In this document: positions 25,438 to 38,782 of the stretch, piece by piece
Layout: each line of letters begins with the position of its first letter
Numbering within the stretch: position 1 is the first letter of the stretch
Assembly (NCBI GenBank): GCA_951406725.2
Contig: OX597842.1
Span: 23,746,001-23,810,000 of the forward strand
From: Octopus vulgaris
Taxonomy: Eukaryota
Length of the DNA stretch: 64,000 nt
Reading direction: 5' to 3'
Program-made: the position numbers and the translations under genes
The notes under the pieces: model-generated
Told to the model about the DNA's origin: nothing
Databases searched by the model: none
Seen by the model: only the letters and a program-made list of their open reading frames with translations

Positions 25438-27012
25438 CTATCCAGTATGAATACGTTTATGGATAGTCAAGTGACTTCTTCGAGAGAATGTTTTACCACA
25501 GATATCACAATGATATGGCTTCTCTCCTGTATGAATACGCTTGTGTCGAGATAAAGTGGTATTATCAGAAAATGATTTACAACAGATATCACAACGATAT
25601 GGCTTCTCTCCTGTATGAATACGTTTATGTCGAATTAAATTGCTATTACAAGAAAATGATTTACCACAGATATCACAATGATATGGTTTATCCCCAGTAT
25701 GAATACGTTTATGTTTGGTCAAGTCACTATTACAAGAAAATGATTTACCACAGATATCACAAGGATATGGTTTTTCCCCAATATGAAGACATTTATGTTT
25801 AGTCAAGTCACTATTACAAGAAAATGATTTGCCACAGATATCACAGTGATATGGCTTCTCTCTTGTATGAATAAGTTTATGTTTAGACAAGTGGCTACTA
25901 CGAGAAAATGATTTACCACAGATATCACAATGATATGGTTTTTCCCCAGTATGAATACGTTTATGTCTACATAAGTGACTACTGCAAGAGAATGACTTGC
26001 CACAGACATCACAATGATATGGCTTCTCTCCTGTATGAATACGTTTATGTTCAGACAAGTGGCTACTACAAGAGAATGATTTACCACAGATATCACAATG
26101 ATATGGTTTCTCTCCAGTGTGAATACGTTTATGGACAGTCAAGTCATTATTACGAGAAAATGATTTACCACAGATATTACAATGATATGATTTTTCCCCA
26201 ATATGAAGACGTTTATGTTTAGTCATATAACTATTACAAGAAAATGATTTGCCACAGATATCACAGTGATATGGCTTCTCTCTTTTATGAATAAGTTTAT
26301 GTTTAGACAAGTGGCTACTACAAGAGAATGATTTACTACAGATATCACAATGATATGGTTTTTCCCCTGTATGAGTACGTTTATGTTTAGTCAAGTCACC
26401 ATCACAAGAAAATGATTTACCACAGATGTCACAATGATATGGTTTCTCTCCTGTATGAACACGTTTATGGACAATCAAGTCACTATTACAAGAAAATGAT
26501 TTACCACAGATATCACAACGATATGGTTTTTCCCCAGTATGAATACGTATATGTCGAGTTAAAGTGCTATTTTCAGAAAATGATTTACCACAAATATCAC
26601 AATGATATGGTTTTTCCCCAGTATGAATACGCTTATGTCGAGTTAAATTGCTATTTTCATAAAATGATTCACCACAGATATTGCAACGATATGGCTTCTC
26701 TCCTGTATGAGTACGTTTATGGACAGTCAAGTGACTTCTCCAAGAGAATGATTTACCACAAATATCACAGTGATATGGTTTCTCCCCAGTATGAATACGC
26801 TTATGTTGAGTTAAATTGCCATTATCAGAAAATGATTCACCACAGATATTACAACGATATGGCTTCTCACCTGTATGAATACGTTTGTGAATGGTCACGT
26901 GACTTTTTCGAGAGAATGATTTTCCACAGACATCACAGAAATATGGTTTCTCTCTTGTATCAGAGTTTTTAGGTTCAGTTAAATTATTCATTATGACAGG
27001 ATAATTTGTCAT
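25438..27012 (-). CDS. C2H2 zinc-finger protein, 18 tandem fingers, no KRAB/SCAN/BTB domain seen (unit 2)
   Basis: Open 524-aa frame from the ATG (MTNY), with TGEKP linkers. Acceptor at ~27400. Confidence 0.9.
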   Translation of the reverse strand: MTNYPVIMNNLTEPKNSDTREKPYFCDVCGKSFSRKSHVTIHKRIHTGEKPYRCNICGESFSDNGNLTQHKRIHTGEKPYHCDICGKSFSWRSHLTVHKRTHTGEKPYRCNICGESFYENSNLTRHKRIHTGEKPYHCDICGKSFSENSTLTRHIRIHTGEKPYRCDICGKSFSCNSDLIVHKRVHTGEKPYHCDICGKSFSCDGDLTKHKRTHTGEKPYHCDICSKSFSCSSHLSKHKLIHKREKPYHCDICGKSFSCNSYMTKHKRLHIGEKSYHCNICGKSFSRNNDLTVHKRIHTGEKPYHCDICGKSFSCSSHLSEHKRIHTGEKPYHCDVCGKSFSCSSHLCRHKRIHTGEKPYHCDICGKSFSRSSHLSKHKLIHTREKPYHCDICGKSFSCNSDLTKHKCLHIGEKPYPCDICGKSFSCNSDLTKHKRIHTGDKPYHCDICGKSFSCNSNLIRHKRIHTGEKPYRCDICCKSFSDNTTLSRHKRIHTGEKPYHCDICGKTFSRRSHLTIHKRIHTG

Positions 27013-30000
27013 ATATATCACAATAATATTGATTTTTTTTTCTTTCTATGAATATGTTTGTGTGAAGTTGGATCACTATTCTCAAAGAATAATTTAATGT
27101 TAATCTTTCTTTCATCTGTGATCTTACTTAATACCTAAATCAACAGGTGAAAACTGTCAGGTCCTTCGTAAAGTTATCCAAACTTGTAAAGCAATCACCT
27201 CCTCTACATTCCAGACAGTGAAGACAAGAAATGTATTTCGCTGTTGTTTGTCATAAATTATATTTATATAGAAACGTTGATGTATAGATGAATGCTCCTC
27301 ATAAATATATCGTCTTCCTTTAGTTGATGAAAGTTGATACAAATATCAAAGGCACATCTGAACGAAGTAATTCCTTTTATGTCAACATGATGTGATATTC
27401 TGAAATAGAAAAAGAAACAGTAAGATAAAGAGGATAGTTAAGTGACATAGTAATTCAACATTATAAATATTACAACATGAACACTGTCAGCCATTTAATG
27501 TCAATGTCTACAGGGGACAGAGTTCATTGAGGCGTTGAAACATTGGTATACCCACACAAGTTTACTACACACTTCACCTCTACCTTTCAGAAAAATGTTT
27601 GATTTAAGACTTCATGTTGCCGACCGGAATTCCCATTTCTGGACCAGCTCGCTAGCTAGCCAGCAGTGAAGTTCCCTGTCTTCATGTTGTCTACGATGAG
27701 CCCATGGGCAGTGCCCTACACATTAGGATCGTTTCGCTTTGACTGGCAGATTTTTAAAATAATTTCTATGTAACTAAACACTTTTAAACTTCGTATACTG
27801 GTAGAATGTGTTTATAAAACATCTTTTTCTCTTGGCTTTCTGGAGAAAATTCTGTAGTTTGTAACATATTTGTTGTTTAATTTCTTGCATTTCAGCAATT
27901 TCAACCAATCAATGACGTCTATTGAGGTGAAAACGATTTATAGGAGGCGTCATATGAAAATGTCCCAGTTTTTTTATTAGAAAAAGATACCCTGTGGCCA
28001 TAAACTGAGGGGTCACCTCGTAAACAGAGCTGGATAACAAAACCGTTCCCTCTTTAGTGTCCACCCATAATTATGACCCTAGTATCGATCTATTGCATTT
28101 CAATATTTTTTAGGGTTAGGGTTGGGGGCAAAGGTATCTTTTTTTCTTCAGAAATCTAAATAAACCCAATCTGTTTCTTAAACGAATATATAATATGTAA
28201 CAGGGACATTTTCATATAACGCCGCCATAAAATGTTACGGCAGAAATCGTTTTCACCTCAATAAACCTCATTGATTGGTTGAAATTGCCAAAATGCAAGA
28301 AATTAAACAACAAATATGTTACAAACTACAGAATTTTCTCAAGAAAGCCAAGAGAAAAAGGTGTTTTATAAACACATTCTACCGAGTATACGAAGTTTAA
28401 AATTTTATAGTTACATAGAAATTATTATAAAAAAGTGAAAAGATCGCATCATTACTCTCAAACTTCAAATCACATCAAGGTCCCTTTTCATCATTTCCAG
28501 GTAGAAAAAATAAGAAGCAATCAAATACTAGGGTCCATGTAATTCACTTATGCCCTCCCGCCAATTTTCAGGTCAAAAGCACAAATGATTATTGTTTTAA
28601 TTATCAAAAGATTACTATTATCATCATCATCATTATTATTTTCTTCACACGGAATGGAATGAAATACAAAGCCAACCTCGGCGGAAAGTCCTGAGTTCAA
28701 ATACGGATGAGATCGACTTTTTCTTTCATCTGTTTCGGGAAAAAACCGGGACCCATGCAATCGACTTGTCGCTCGTATTAAAGATTGCTGACCCTGGGCC
28801 AGTTTTGAAATCATCATCATCATTACTATTATTAATATAACATTACATTAAATCTTTATCAACTTACCGTTTTATCAATGCCTCATTAACAACGGGAGAA
28901 CGTTAATTAATGTGGTATTCTTCAACCGTTCTCCTCACCTTTTACTAATTAATTATGCCACGTTACATTCATTTTTATCAACTAATTTACTTTATATCAC
29001 ATGTAACAGTTGATAATAGGTTTTCCTAAACAACAGATCAACATTTCAGTTTGGAAATTATTAATTAAGACGAGAAAATATATTTTCCTAATTATTGTCA
29101 GCTTCCCGCTTCGAAAAATATTTACTGTAACATCGAGAGGTAAACAGAATTCTATTATTCACATTAGTATTATTATTATTAGTAGTAGTAGTATCACCTT
29201 TACAGCCTTAAAGGAAATCTTTATCAACTTACCGTATTCACAAATAAACAGCGACTCAGTGATCAGTAATTAAGCACCTTAATTAATAATTGAAAAGAAT
29301 CGAGGTTGAGGTGGTGAAGAAGTTGTTTCCCTTGATAAAATTGTATTCCTTAATTCTCCAATAGAGAGTGCTACTGACTTGTTGGATTAGCTCCGGGTTT
29401 TTTTTTTAACTTTGTCCCATTCTGTCAATAACTTCATCTTCAAGTTCTTTTAAAATTCTCACCAGATTATTTTAAGGTGTACTTGTATATTCTACCCTAT
29501 GACCGTTTCCAGCACACAACTACATCGCGTCGCAGACCCTGGAAGAAAGAGGCCGTCTTTAACCTGTAACGTCATGTCCCACTTAATGTTCTTTCCTGTC
29601 GCCAACCCTTCTCCTTTCCCGCAATACACAGACTTCAACTTTATATATATATATAATTCTCATTTTATTTGGTTTTTGCATCTCTCTTCCCTTGCCTACA
29701 CACTCTAAGGCCACGAAGTTGGTCTGCTTGGTGGGAGGCGATTTAGTCTACTCTACTGCAGATCACACAACTTCGCCACCACAAATATAAATATCTTCAT
29801 TGTTTAATTCCTGAGCCAATGTCAAGTTATCTATTTAATAGTTTCTCCCATTTTCCGAAGTCTCTGGTCAAATAACTTTTCAACCATCACACGAATTTCA
29901 GTACCAGAGGAACTGTTTTGACTGCCCAGCCACAATGTGTTAAACAATTTTCTTTGTCTTCGTATCATTTGTACATATATATATATATTTGTATATTCGA

Positions 30001-31283
30001 CTGAGGTCTGGCAAACCAGACTCCAATCTCATCTGGCAGGTTGGTGTTAGGAAGGGCATCCAGCTGTAGAAACTCTGCCAGGTCAGATTAAAGTCTGGTT
30101 TGCCAGACCTCAGTCAAATCGTCCAACCCATGCTAGCATGGAAAGCGGACGTTAAATGATGATGATGATTTGGTAGATTAACGGTAATGAAAAATTTTCC
30201 ATGAATACATTTCTGATGAGGTAGATTACGATGATAATACTTTTTAGATCGTTTAGATTACGATTATATACGAATTTGTTGTCACAATTTTTTTCGGAGA
30301 AGTTGGAGTCCAGAAGAATTTGGGTAAATTTTGATATTTTCACCCACAAGATTTTCATAAAGACAAACAAAAAAACTCAGATTTTTTGCATGGAATCAAG
30401 TACCCTGACCTTGCAATGCGCTGTAAACTCTTTATTTTTGCTTGGAAAACGTGAGGCGCCCTCCCACCTCAGTATCATTGGAAATATATATTTTTTTCAG
30501 TGGATGCTGATGATAATGATGGTATACATATACACACACATACATATATGTGTGTGCATACGTACATATATATTTGAAGCAAACAGCATAAACTGTGAAC
30601 TGGTTAGCATTAGGAGAATACACCCAAAGAAACCCAAACAAATCAGATTGGAACCTAGTGCAGCATTATGGTTTGCCAGCTCATGTCACACTGTGCCACC
30701 CATGCCAGTAAAAAAAAAAAAATTCACTAAAGGCTGATGATGATAACAGCGACAATGATGAAAACACATACACAAAATCAACTTCAGTGTAACCTTTTAT
30801 TCGTTATTCCCATTTCTTTATTCTCTCAAAACAAATTGCTCAAAAATCCAGAGCAATCATCTTCAGAAATCAAAGGCATTGTTGATATACTTCCATATAT
30901 ATACATGACATTCATGAATTTGATGTTGACATTATTGAAAATGAAGTCGATAACATCATATTTGAAGAGATAAAAATAGCCCTGTCTTTCAGCAGAAAAA
31001 AATAGCCACAATTGTTGTAGTAGATTATTAATACTGAATGGTTGCACTTTTGTGTGAATACTCACGTGTACATAAATGGCGTTTTTGAGAGAAAGATTTA
31101 CCATAGATATCACAGTGATATTGTTTTTCTCCAGTATGAATATGCTTATAATTAGTGAAGTCACCATTGTATGAGAATGATTTACCACATATATCACAAT
31201 GATATGGTTTTTATCTTGCACTGGTGTTTAATTGGGACACCTCTTTCAGAGAATGATTTACCACAAATATCACAATATGGTTT

Positions 31284-32858
31284 CTATCCAGTATGAATAC
31301 GTTTATGGATAGTCAAGTGACTTCTTCGAGAGAATGTTTTACCACAGATATCACAATGATATGGCTTCTCTCCTGTATGAATACGCTTGTGTCGAGATAA
31401 AGTGGTATTATCAGAAAATGATTTACAACAGATATCACAACGATATGGCTTCTCTCCTGTATGAATACGTTTATGTCGAATTAAATTGCTATTACAAGAA
31501 AATGATTTACCACAGATATCACAATGATATGGTTTATCCCCAGTATGAATACGTTTATGTTTGGTCAAGTCACTATTACAAGAAAATGATTTACCACAGA
31601 TATCACAAGGATATGGTTTTTCCCCAATATGAAGACATTTATGTTTAGTCAAGTCACTATTACAAGAAAATGATTTGCCACAGATATCACAGTGATATGG
31701 CTTCTCTCTTGTATGAATAAGTTTATGTTTAGACAAGTGGCTACTACGAGAAAATGATTTACCACAGATATCACAATGATATGGTTTTTCCCCAGTATGA
31801 ATACGTTTATGTCTACATAAGTGACTACTGCAAGAGAATGACTTGCCACAGACATCACAATGATATGGCTTCTCTCCTGTATGAATACGTTTATGTTCAG
31901 ACAAGTGGCTACTACAAGAGAATGATTTACCACAGATATCACAATGATATGGTTTCTCTCCAGTGTGAATACGTTTATGGACAGTCAAGTCATTATTACG
32001 AGAAAATGATTTACCACAGATATTACAATGATATGATTTTTCCCCAATATGAAGACGTTTATGTTTAGTCATATAACTATTACAAGAAAATGATTTGCCA
32101 CAGATATCACAGTGATATGGCTTCTCTCTTTTATGAATAAGTTTATGTTTAGACAAGTGGCTACTACAAGAGAATGATTTACTACAGATATCACAATGAT
32201 ATGGTTTTTCCCCTGTATGAGTACGTTTATGTTTAGTCAAGTCACCATCACAAGAAAATGATTTACCACAGATGTCACAATGATATGGTTTCTCTCCTGT
32301 ATGAACACGTTTATGGACAATCAAGTCACTATTACAAGAAAATGATTTACCACAGATATCACAACGATATGGTTTTTCCCCAGTATGAATACGTATATGT
32401 CGAGTTAAAGTGCTATTTTCAGAAAATGATTTACCACAAATATCACAATGATATGGTTTTTCCCCAGTATGAATACGCTTATGTCGAGTTAAATTGCTAT
32501 TTTCATAAAATGATTCACCACAGATATTGCAATGATATGGCTTCTCTCCTGTATGAGTACGTTTATGGACAGTCAAGTGACTTCTCCAAGAGAATGATTT
32601 ACCACAAATATCACAGTGATATGGTTTCTCCCCAGTATGAATACGCTTATGTTGAGTTAAATTGCCATTATCAGAAAATGATTCACCACAGATATTACAA
32701 CGATATGGCTTCTCACCTGTATGAATACGTTTGTGAATGGTCACGTGACTTTTTCGAGAGAATGATTTTCCACAGACATCACAGAAATATGGTTTCTCTC
32801 TTGTATCAGAGTTTTTAGGTTCAGTTAAATTATTCATTATGACAGGATAATTTGTCAT
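31284..32858 (-). CDS. C2H2 zinc-finger protein, 18 fingers (unit 3)
   Basis: Differs from unit 2 by one visible residue (YRC to YHC in finger 4). Confidence 0.9.
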   Translation of the reverse strand: MTNYPVIMNNLTEPKNSDTREKPYFCDVCGKSFSRKSHVTIHKRIHTGEKPYRCNICGESFSDNGNLTQHKRIHTGEKPYHCDICGKSFSWRSHLTVHKRTHTGEKPYHCNICGESFYENSNLTRHKRIHTGEKPYHCDICGKSFSENSTLTRHIRIHTGEKPYRCDICGKSFSCNSDLIVHKRVHTGEKPYHCDICGKSFSCDGDLTKHKRTHTGEKPYHCDICSKSFSCSSHLSKHKLIHKREKPYHCDICGKSFSCNSYMTKHKRLHIGEKSYHCNICGKSFSRNNDLTVHKRIHTGEKPYHCDICGKSFSCSSHLSEHKRIHTGEKPYHCDVCGKSFSCSSHLCRHKRIHTGEKPYHCDICGKSFSRSSHLSKHKLIHTREKPYHCDICGKSFSCNSDLTKHKCLHIGEKPYPCDICGKSFSCNSDLTKHKRIHTGDKPYHCDICGKSFSCNSNLIRHKRIHTGEKPYRCDICCKSFSDNTTLSRHKRIHTGEKPYHCDICGKTFSRRSHLTIHKRIHTG

Positions 32859-35800
32859 ATATATCACAATAATATTGATTTTTTTTTCTTTCTATGAATA
32901 TGTTTGTGTGAAGTTGGATCACTATTCTCAAAGAATAATTTAATGTTAATCTTTCTTTCATCTGTGATCTTACTTAATACCTAAATCAACAGGTGAAAAC
33001 TGTCAGGTCCTTCGTAAAGTTATCCAAACTTGTAAAGCAATCACCTCCTCTACATTCCAGACAGTGAAGACAAGAAATGTATTTCGCTGTTGTTTGTCAT
33101 AAATTATATTTATATAGAAACGTTGATGTATAGATGAATGCTCCTCATAAATATATCGTCTTCCTTTAGTTGATGAAAGTTGATACAAATATCAAAGGCA
33201 CATCTGAACGAAGTAATTCCTTTTATGTCAACATGATGTGATATTCTGAAATAGAAAAAGAAACAGTAAGATAAAGAGGATAGTTAAGTGACATAGTAAT
33301 TCAACATTATAAATATTACAACATGAACACTGTCAGCCATTTAATGTCAATGTCTACAGGGGACAGAGTTCATTGAGGCGTTGAAACATTGGTATACCCA
33401 CACAAGTTTACTACACACTTCACCTCTACCTTTCAGAAAAATGTTTGATTTAAGACTTCATGTTGCCGACCGGAATTCCCATTTCTGGACCAGCTCGCTA
33501 GCTAGCCAGCAGTGAAGTTCCCTGTCTTCATGTTGTCTACGATGAGCCCATGGGCAGTGCCCTACACATTAGGATCGTTTCGCTTTGACTGGCAGATTTT
33601 TAAAATAATTTCTATGTAACTAAACACTTTTAAACTTCGTATACTGGTAGAATGTGTTTATAAAACATCTTTTTCTCTTGGCTTTCTGGAGAAAATTCTG
33701 TAGTTTGTAACATATTTGTTGTTTAATTTCTTGCATTTCGGCAATTTCAACCAATCAATGACGTCTATTGAGGTGAAAACGATTTATAGGAGGCGTCATA
33801 TGAAAATGTCCCAGTTTTTTTATTAGAAAAAGATACCCTGTGGCCATAAACTGAGGGGTCACTCGTAAACAGAGCTGGATAACAAAACCGTTCCCTCTTT
33901 AGTGTCCACCCATAATTATGACCCTAGTATCGATCTATTGCATTTCAATATTTTTTAGGGTTAGGGTTGGGGGCAAAGGTATCTTTTTTTCTTCAGAAAT
34001 CTAAATAAACCCAATCTGTTTCTTAAACGAATATATAATATGTAACAGGGACATTTTCATATAACGCCGCCATAAAATGTTACGGCAGAAATCGTTTTCA
34101 CCTCAATAAACCTCATTGATTGGTTGAAATTGCCAAAATGCAAGAAATTAAACAACAAATATGTTACAAACTACAGAATTTTCTCAAGAAAGCCAAGAGA
34201 AAAAGGTGTTTTATAAACACATTCTACGAGTATACGAAGTTTAAAATTTTATAGTTACATAGAAATTATTATAAAAAAGTGAAAAGATCGCATCATTACT
34301 CTCAAACTTCAAATCACATCAAGGTCCCTTTTCATCATTTCCAGGTAGAAAAAATAAGAAGCAATCAAATACTAGGGTCCATGTAATTCACTTATGCCCT
34401 CCCGCCAATTTTCAGGTCAAAAGCACAAATGATTATTGTTTTAATTATCAAAAGATTACTATTATCATCATCATCATTATTATTTTCTTCACACGGAATG
34501 GAATGAAATACAAAGCCAACCTCGGCGGAAAGTCCTGAGTTCAAATACGGATGAGATCGACTTTTTCTTTCATCTGTTTCGGGAAAAAACCGGGACCCAT
34601 GCAATCGACTTGTCGCTCGTATTAAAGATTGCTGACCCTGGGCCAGTTTTGAAATCATCATCATCATTACTATTATTAATATAACATTACATTAAATCTT
34701 TATCAACTTACCGTTTTATCAATGCCTCATTAACAACGGGAGAACGTTAATTAATGTGGTATTCTTCAACCGTTCTCCTCACCTTTTACTAATTAATTAT
34801 GCCACGTTACATTCATTTTTATCAACTAATTTACTTTATATCACATGTAACAGTTGATAATAGGTTTTCCTAAACAACAGATCAACATTTCAGTTTGGAA
34901 ATTATTAATTAAGACGAGAAAATATATTTTCCTAATTATTGTCAGCTTCCCGCTTCGAAAAATATTTACTGTAACATCGAGAGGTAAACAGAATTCTATT
35001 ATTCACATTAGTATTATTATTAGTAGTAGTAGTAGTATCACCTTTACAGCCTTAAAGGAAATCTTTATCAACTTACCGTATTCACAAATAAACAGCGACT
35101 CAGTGATCAGTAATTAAGCACCTTAATTAATAATTGAAAAGAATCGAGGTTGAGGTGGTGAAGAAGTTGTTTCCCTTGATAAAATTGTATTTCCTTAATT
35201 CTCCAATAGAGAGTGCTACTGACTTGTTGGATTAGCTCCGGGTTTTTTTTTTAACTTTGTCCCATTCTGTCAATAACTTCATTTTCAAGTTCTTTTAAAA
35301 TTCTCACCAGATTATTTTAAGGTGTACTTGTATATTCTACCCTATGACCGTTTCCAGCACACAACTACATCGCGTCGCAGACCCTGGAAGAAAGAGGCCG
35401 TCTTTAACCTGTAACGTCATGTCCCACTTAATGTTCTTTCCTGTCGCCAACCCTTCTCCTTTCCCGCAATACACAGACTTCAACTTTATATATATATATA
35501 ATTCTCATTTTATTTGGTTTTTGCATCTCTCTTCCCTTGCCTACACACTCTAAGGCCACGAAGTTGGTCTGCTTGGTGGGAGGCGATTTAGTCTACTCTA
35601 CTGCAGATCACACAACTTCGCCACCACAAATATAAATATCTTCATTGTTTAATTCCTGAGCCAATGTCAAGTTATCTATTTAATAGTTTCTCCCATTTTC
35701 CGAAGTCTCTGGTCAAATAACTTTTCAACCATCACACGAATTTCAGTACCAGAGGAACTGTTTTGACTGCCCAGCCACAATGTGTTAAACAATTTTCTTT

Positions 35801-37207
35801 GTCTTCGTATCATTTGTACATATATATATATATTTGTATATTCGACTGAGGTCTGGCAAACCAGACTCCAATCTCATCTGGCAGGTTGGTGTTAGGAAGG
35901 GCATCCAGCTGTAGAAACTCTGCCAGGTCAGATTAAAGTTTGGTTTGCCAGACCTCAGTCAAATCGTCCAACCCATGCTAGCATGGAAAGCGGACGTTAA
36001 ATGATGATGATGATGATTTGGTAGATTAACGGTAATGAAAAATTTTCCATGAATACATTTCTGATGAGGTAGATTACGATGATAATACTTTTTAGATCGT
36101 TTAGATTACGATTATATACGAATTTGTTGTCACAATTTTTTTCGGAGAAGTTGGAGTCCAGAAGAATTTGGGTAAATTTTGATATTTTCACCCACAAGAT
36201 TTTCATAAAGACAAACAAAAAAACTCAGATTTTTTGCATGGAATCAAGTACCCTGACCTTGCAATGCGCTGTAAACTCTTTATTTTTGCTTGGAAAACGT
36301 GAGGCGCCCTCCCACCTCAGTATCATTGGAAATATATATTTTTTTCAGTGGATGCTGATGATAATGATGGTATACATATACACACACATACATATATGTG
36401 TGTGCATACGTACATATATATTTGAAGCAAACAGCATAAACTGTGAACAGGTTAGCATTAGGAGAATACACCCAAAGAAACCCAAACAAATCAGATTGGA
36501 ACCTAGTGCAGCATTATGGTTTGCCAGCTCATGTCACACTGTGCCACCCATGCCAGTAAAAAAAAAAAAATTCACTAAAGGCTGATGATGATAACAGCGA
36601 CAATGATGAAAACACATAGACAAAATAAACTTCAGTGTAACCTTTTATTCGTTATTCCCATTTCTTTATTCTCTCAAAACAAATTGCTCAAAAATCCAGA
36701 GCAATCATCTTCAGAAATCAAAGGCATTGTTGATATACTTCCATATATATACATGACATTCATGAATTTGATGTTGACATTATTGAAAATGAAGTCGATA
36801 ACATCATATTTGAAGAGATAAAAATAGCCCTGTCTTTCAGCAGAAAAAAATAGCCACAATTGTTGTAGTAGATTATTAATACTGAATGGTTGCACTTTTG
36901 TGTGAATACTCACGTGTACATAAATGGCATTTTTGAGAGAAAGATTTACCATAGATATCACAGTGATATTGTTTTTCCCCAGTATGAATATGCTTATAAT
37001 TAGTGAAGTCACCATTGTATGAGAATGATTTACCACATATATCACAATGATATGGTTTCTATCTTGCACTGGTGTTTAATTGGGACACCTCTTTCAGAGA
37101 ATGATTTACCACAGATATCACAATGATATGGCTTCTATCCTGCACTGGTGTTTAGTTAGGACACCTCTTTCAGAGAATGATTTACCACAAATATCACAAT
37201 ATGGTTT

Positions 37208-38782
37208 CTATCCAGTATGAATACGTTTATGGATAGTCAAGTGACTTCTTCGAGAGAATGTTTTACCACAGATATCACAATGATATGGCTTCTCTCCTGT
37301 ATGAATACGCTTGTGTCGAGATAAAGTGGTATTATCAGAAAATGATTTACAACAGATATCACAACGATATGGCTTCTCTCCTGTATGAATACGTTTATGT
37401 CGAATTAAACTGCTATTACAAGAAAATGATTTACCACAGATATCACAATGATATGGTTTATCCCCAGTATGAATACGTTTATGTTTGGTCAAGTCACTAT
37501 TACAAGAAAATGATTTACCACAGATATCACAAGGATATGGTTTTTCCCCAATATGAAGACATTTATGTTTAGTCAAGTCACTATTACAAGAAAATGATTT
37601 GCCACAGATATCACAGTGATATGGCTTCTCTCTTGTATGAATAAGTTTATGTTTAGACAAGTGGCTACTACGAGAAAATGATTTACCACAGATATCACAA
37701 TGATATGGTTTTTCCCCAGTATGAATACGTTTATGTCTACATAAGTGACTACTGCAAGAGAATGACTTGCCACAGACATCACAATGATATGGCTTCTCTC
37801 CTGTATGAATACGTTTATGTTCAGACAAGTGGCTACTACAAGAGAATGATTTACCACAGATATCACAATGATATGGTTTCTCTCCAGTGTGAATACGTTT
37901 ATGGACAGTCAAGTCATTATTACGAGAAAATGATTTACCACAGATATTACAATGATATGATTTTTCCCCAATATGAAGACGTTTACGTTTAGTCATATAA
38001 CTATTACAAGAAAATGATTTGCCACAGATATCACAGTGATATGGCTTCTCTCTTTTATGAATAAGTTTATGTTTAGACAAGTGGCTACTACAAGAGAATG
38101 ATTTACTACAGATATCACAATGATATGGTTTTTCCCCTGTATGAGTACGTTTATGTTTAGTCAAGTCACCATCACAAGAAAATGATTTACCACAGATGTC
38201 ACAATGATATGGTTTCTCTCCTGTATGAACACGTTTATGGACAATCAAGTCACTATTACAAGAAAATGATTTACCACAGATATCACAACGATATGGTTTT
38301 TCCCCAGTATGAATACGTATATGTCGAGTTAAAGTGCTATTTTCAGAAAATGATTTACCACAAATATCACAATGATATGGTTTTTCCCCAGTATGAATAC
38401 GCTTATGTCGAGTTAAATTGCTATTTTCATAAAATGATTCACCACAGATATTGCAACGATATGGCTTCTCTCCTGTATGAGTACGTTTATGGACAGTCAA
38501 GTGACTTCTCCAAGAGAATGATTTACCACAAATATCACAGTGATATGGTTTCTCCCCAGTATGAATACGCTTATGTTGAGTTAAATTGCCATTATCAGAA
38601 AATGATTCACCACAGATATTACAACGATATGGCTTCTCACCTGTATGAATACGTTTGTGAATGGTCACGTGACTTTTTCGAGAGAATGATTTTCCACAGA
38701 CATCACAGAAATATGGTTTCTCTCTTGTATCAGAGTTTTTAGGTTCAGTTAAATTATTCATTATGACAGGATAATTTGTCAT
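37208..38782 (-). CDS. C2H2 zinc-finger protein, 18 fingers (unit 4; finger 9 has His to Arg)
   Basis: Differs from unit 2 at YMTKRKRLH and CNSSLIRH. Confidence 0.9.
   Translation of the reverse strand: MTNYPVIMNNLTEPKNSDTREKPYFCDVCGKSFSRKSHVTIHKRIHTGEKPYRCNICGESFSDNGNLTQHKRIHTGEKPYHCDICGKSFSWRSHLTVHKRTHTGEKPYRCNICGESFYENSNLTRHKRIHTGEKPYHCDICGKSFSENSTLTRHIRIHTGEKPYRCDICGKSFSCNSDLIVHKRVHTGEKPYHCDICGKSFSCDGDLTKHKRTHTGEKPYHCDICSKSFSCSSHLSKHKLIHKREKPYHCDICGKSFSCNSYMTKRKRLHIGEKSYHCNICGKSFSRNNDLTVHKRIHTGEKPYHCDICGKSFSCSSHLSEHKRIHTGEKPYHCDVCGKSFSCSSHLCRHKRIHTGEKPYHCDICGKSFSRSSHLSKHKLIHTREKPYHCDICGKSFSCNSDLTKHKCLHIGEKPYPCDICGKSFSCNSDLTKHKRIHTGDKPYHCDICGKSFSCNSSLIRHKRIHTGEKPYRCDICCKSFSDNTTLSRHKRIHTGEKPYHCDICGKTFSRRSHLTIHKRIHTG

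Noticed and set aside
25488-26972. + strand Tyr/His/Met-rich ORFs ([10 protein letters not shown]...) and MISVVNHS ORFs
   Set aside because: These are antisense or alternate-frame shadows of the 84-bp zinc-finger repeat.
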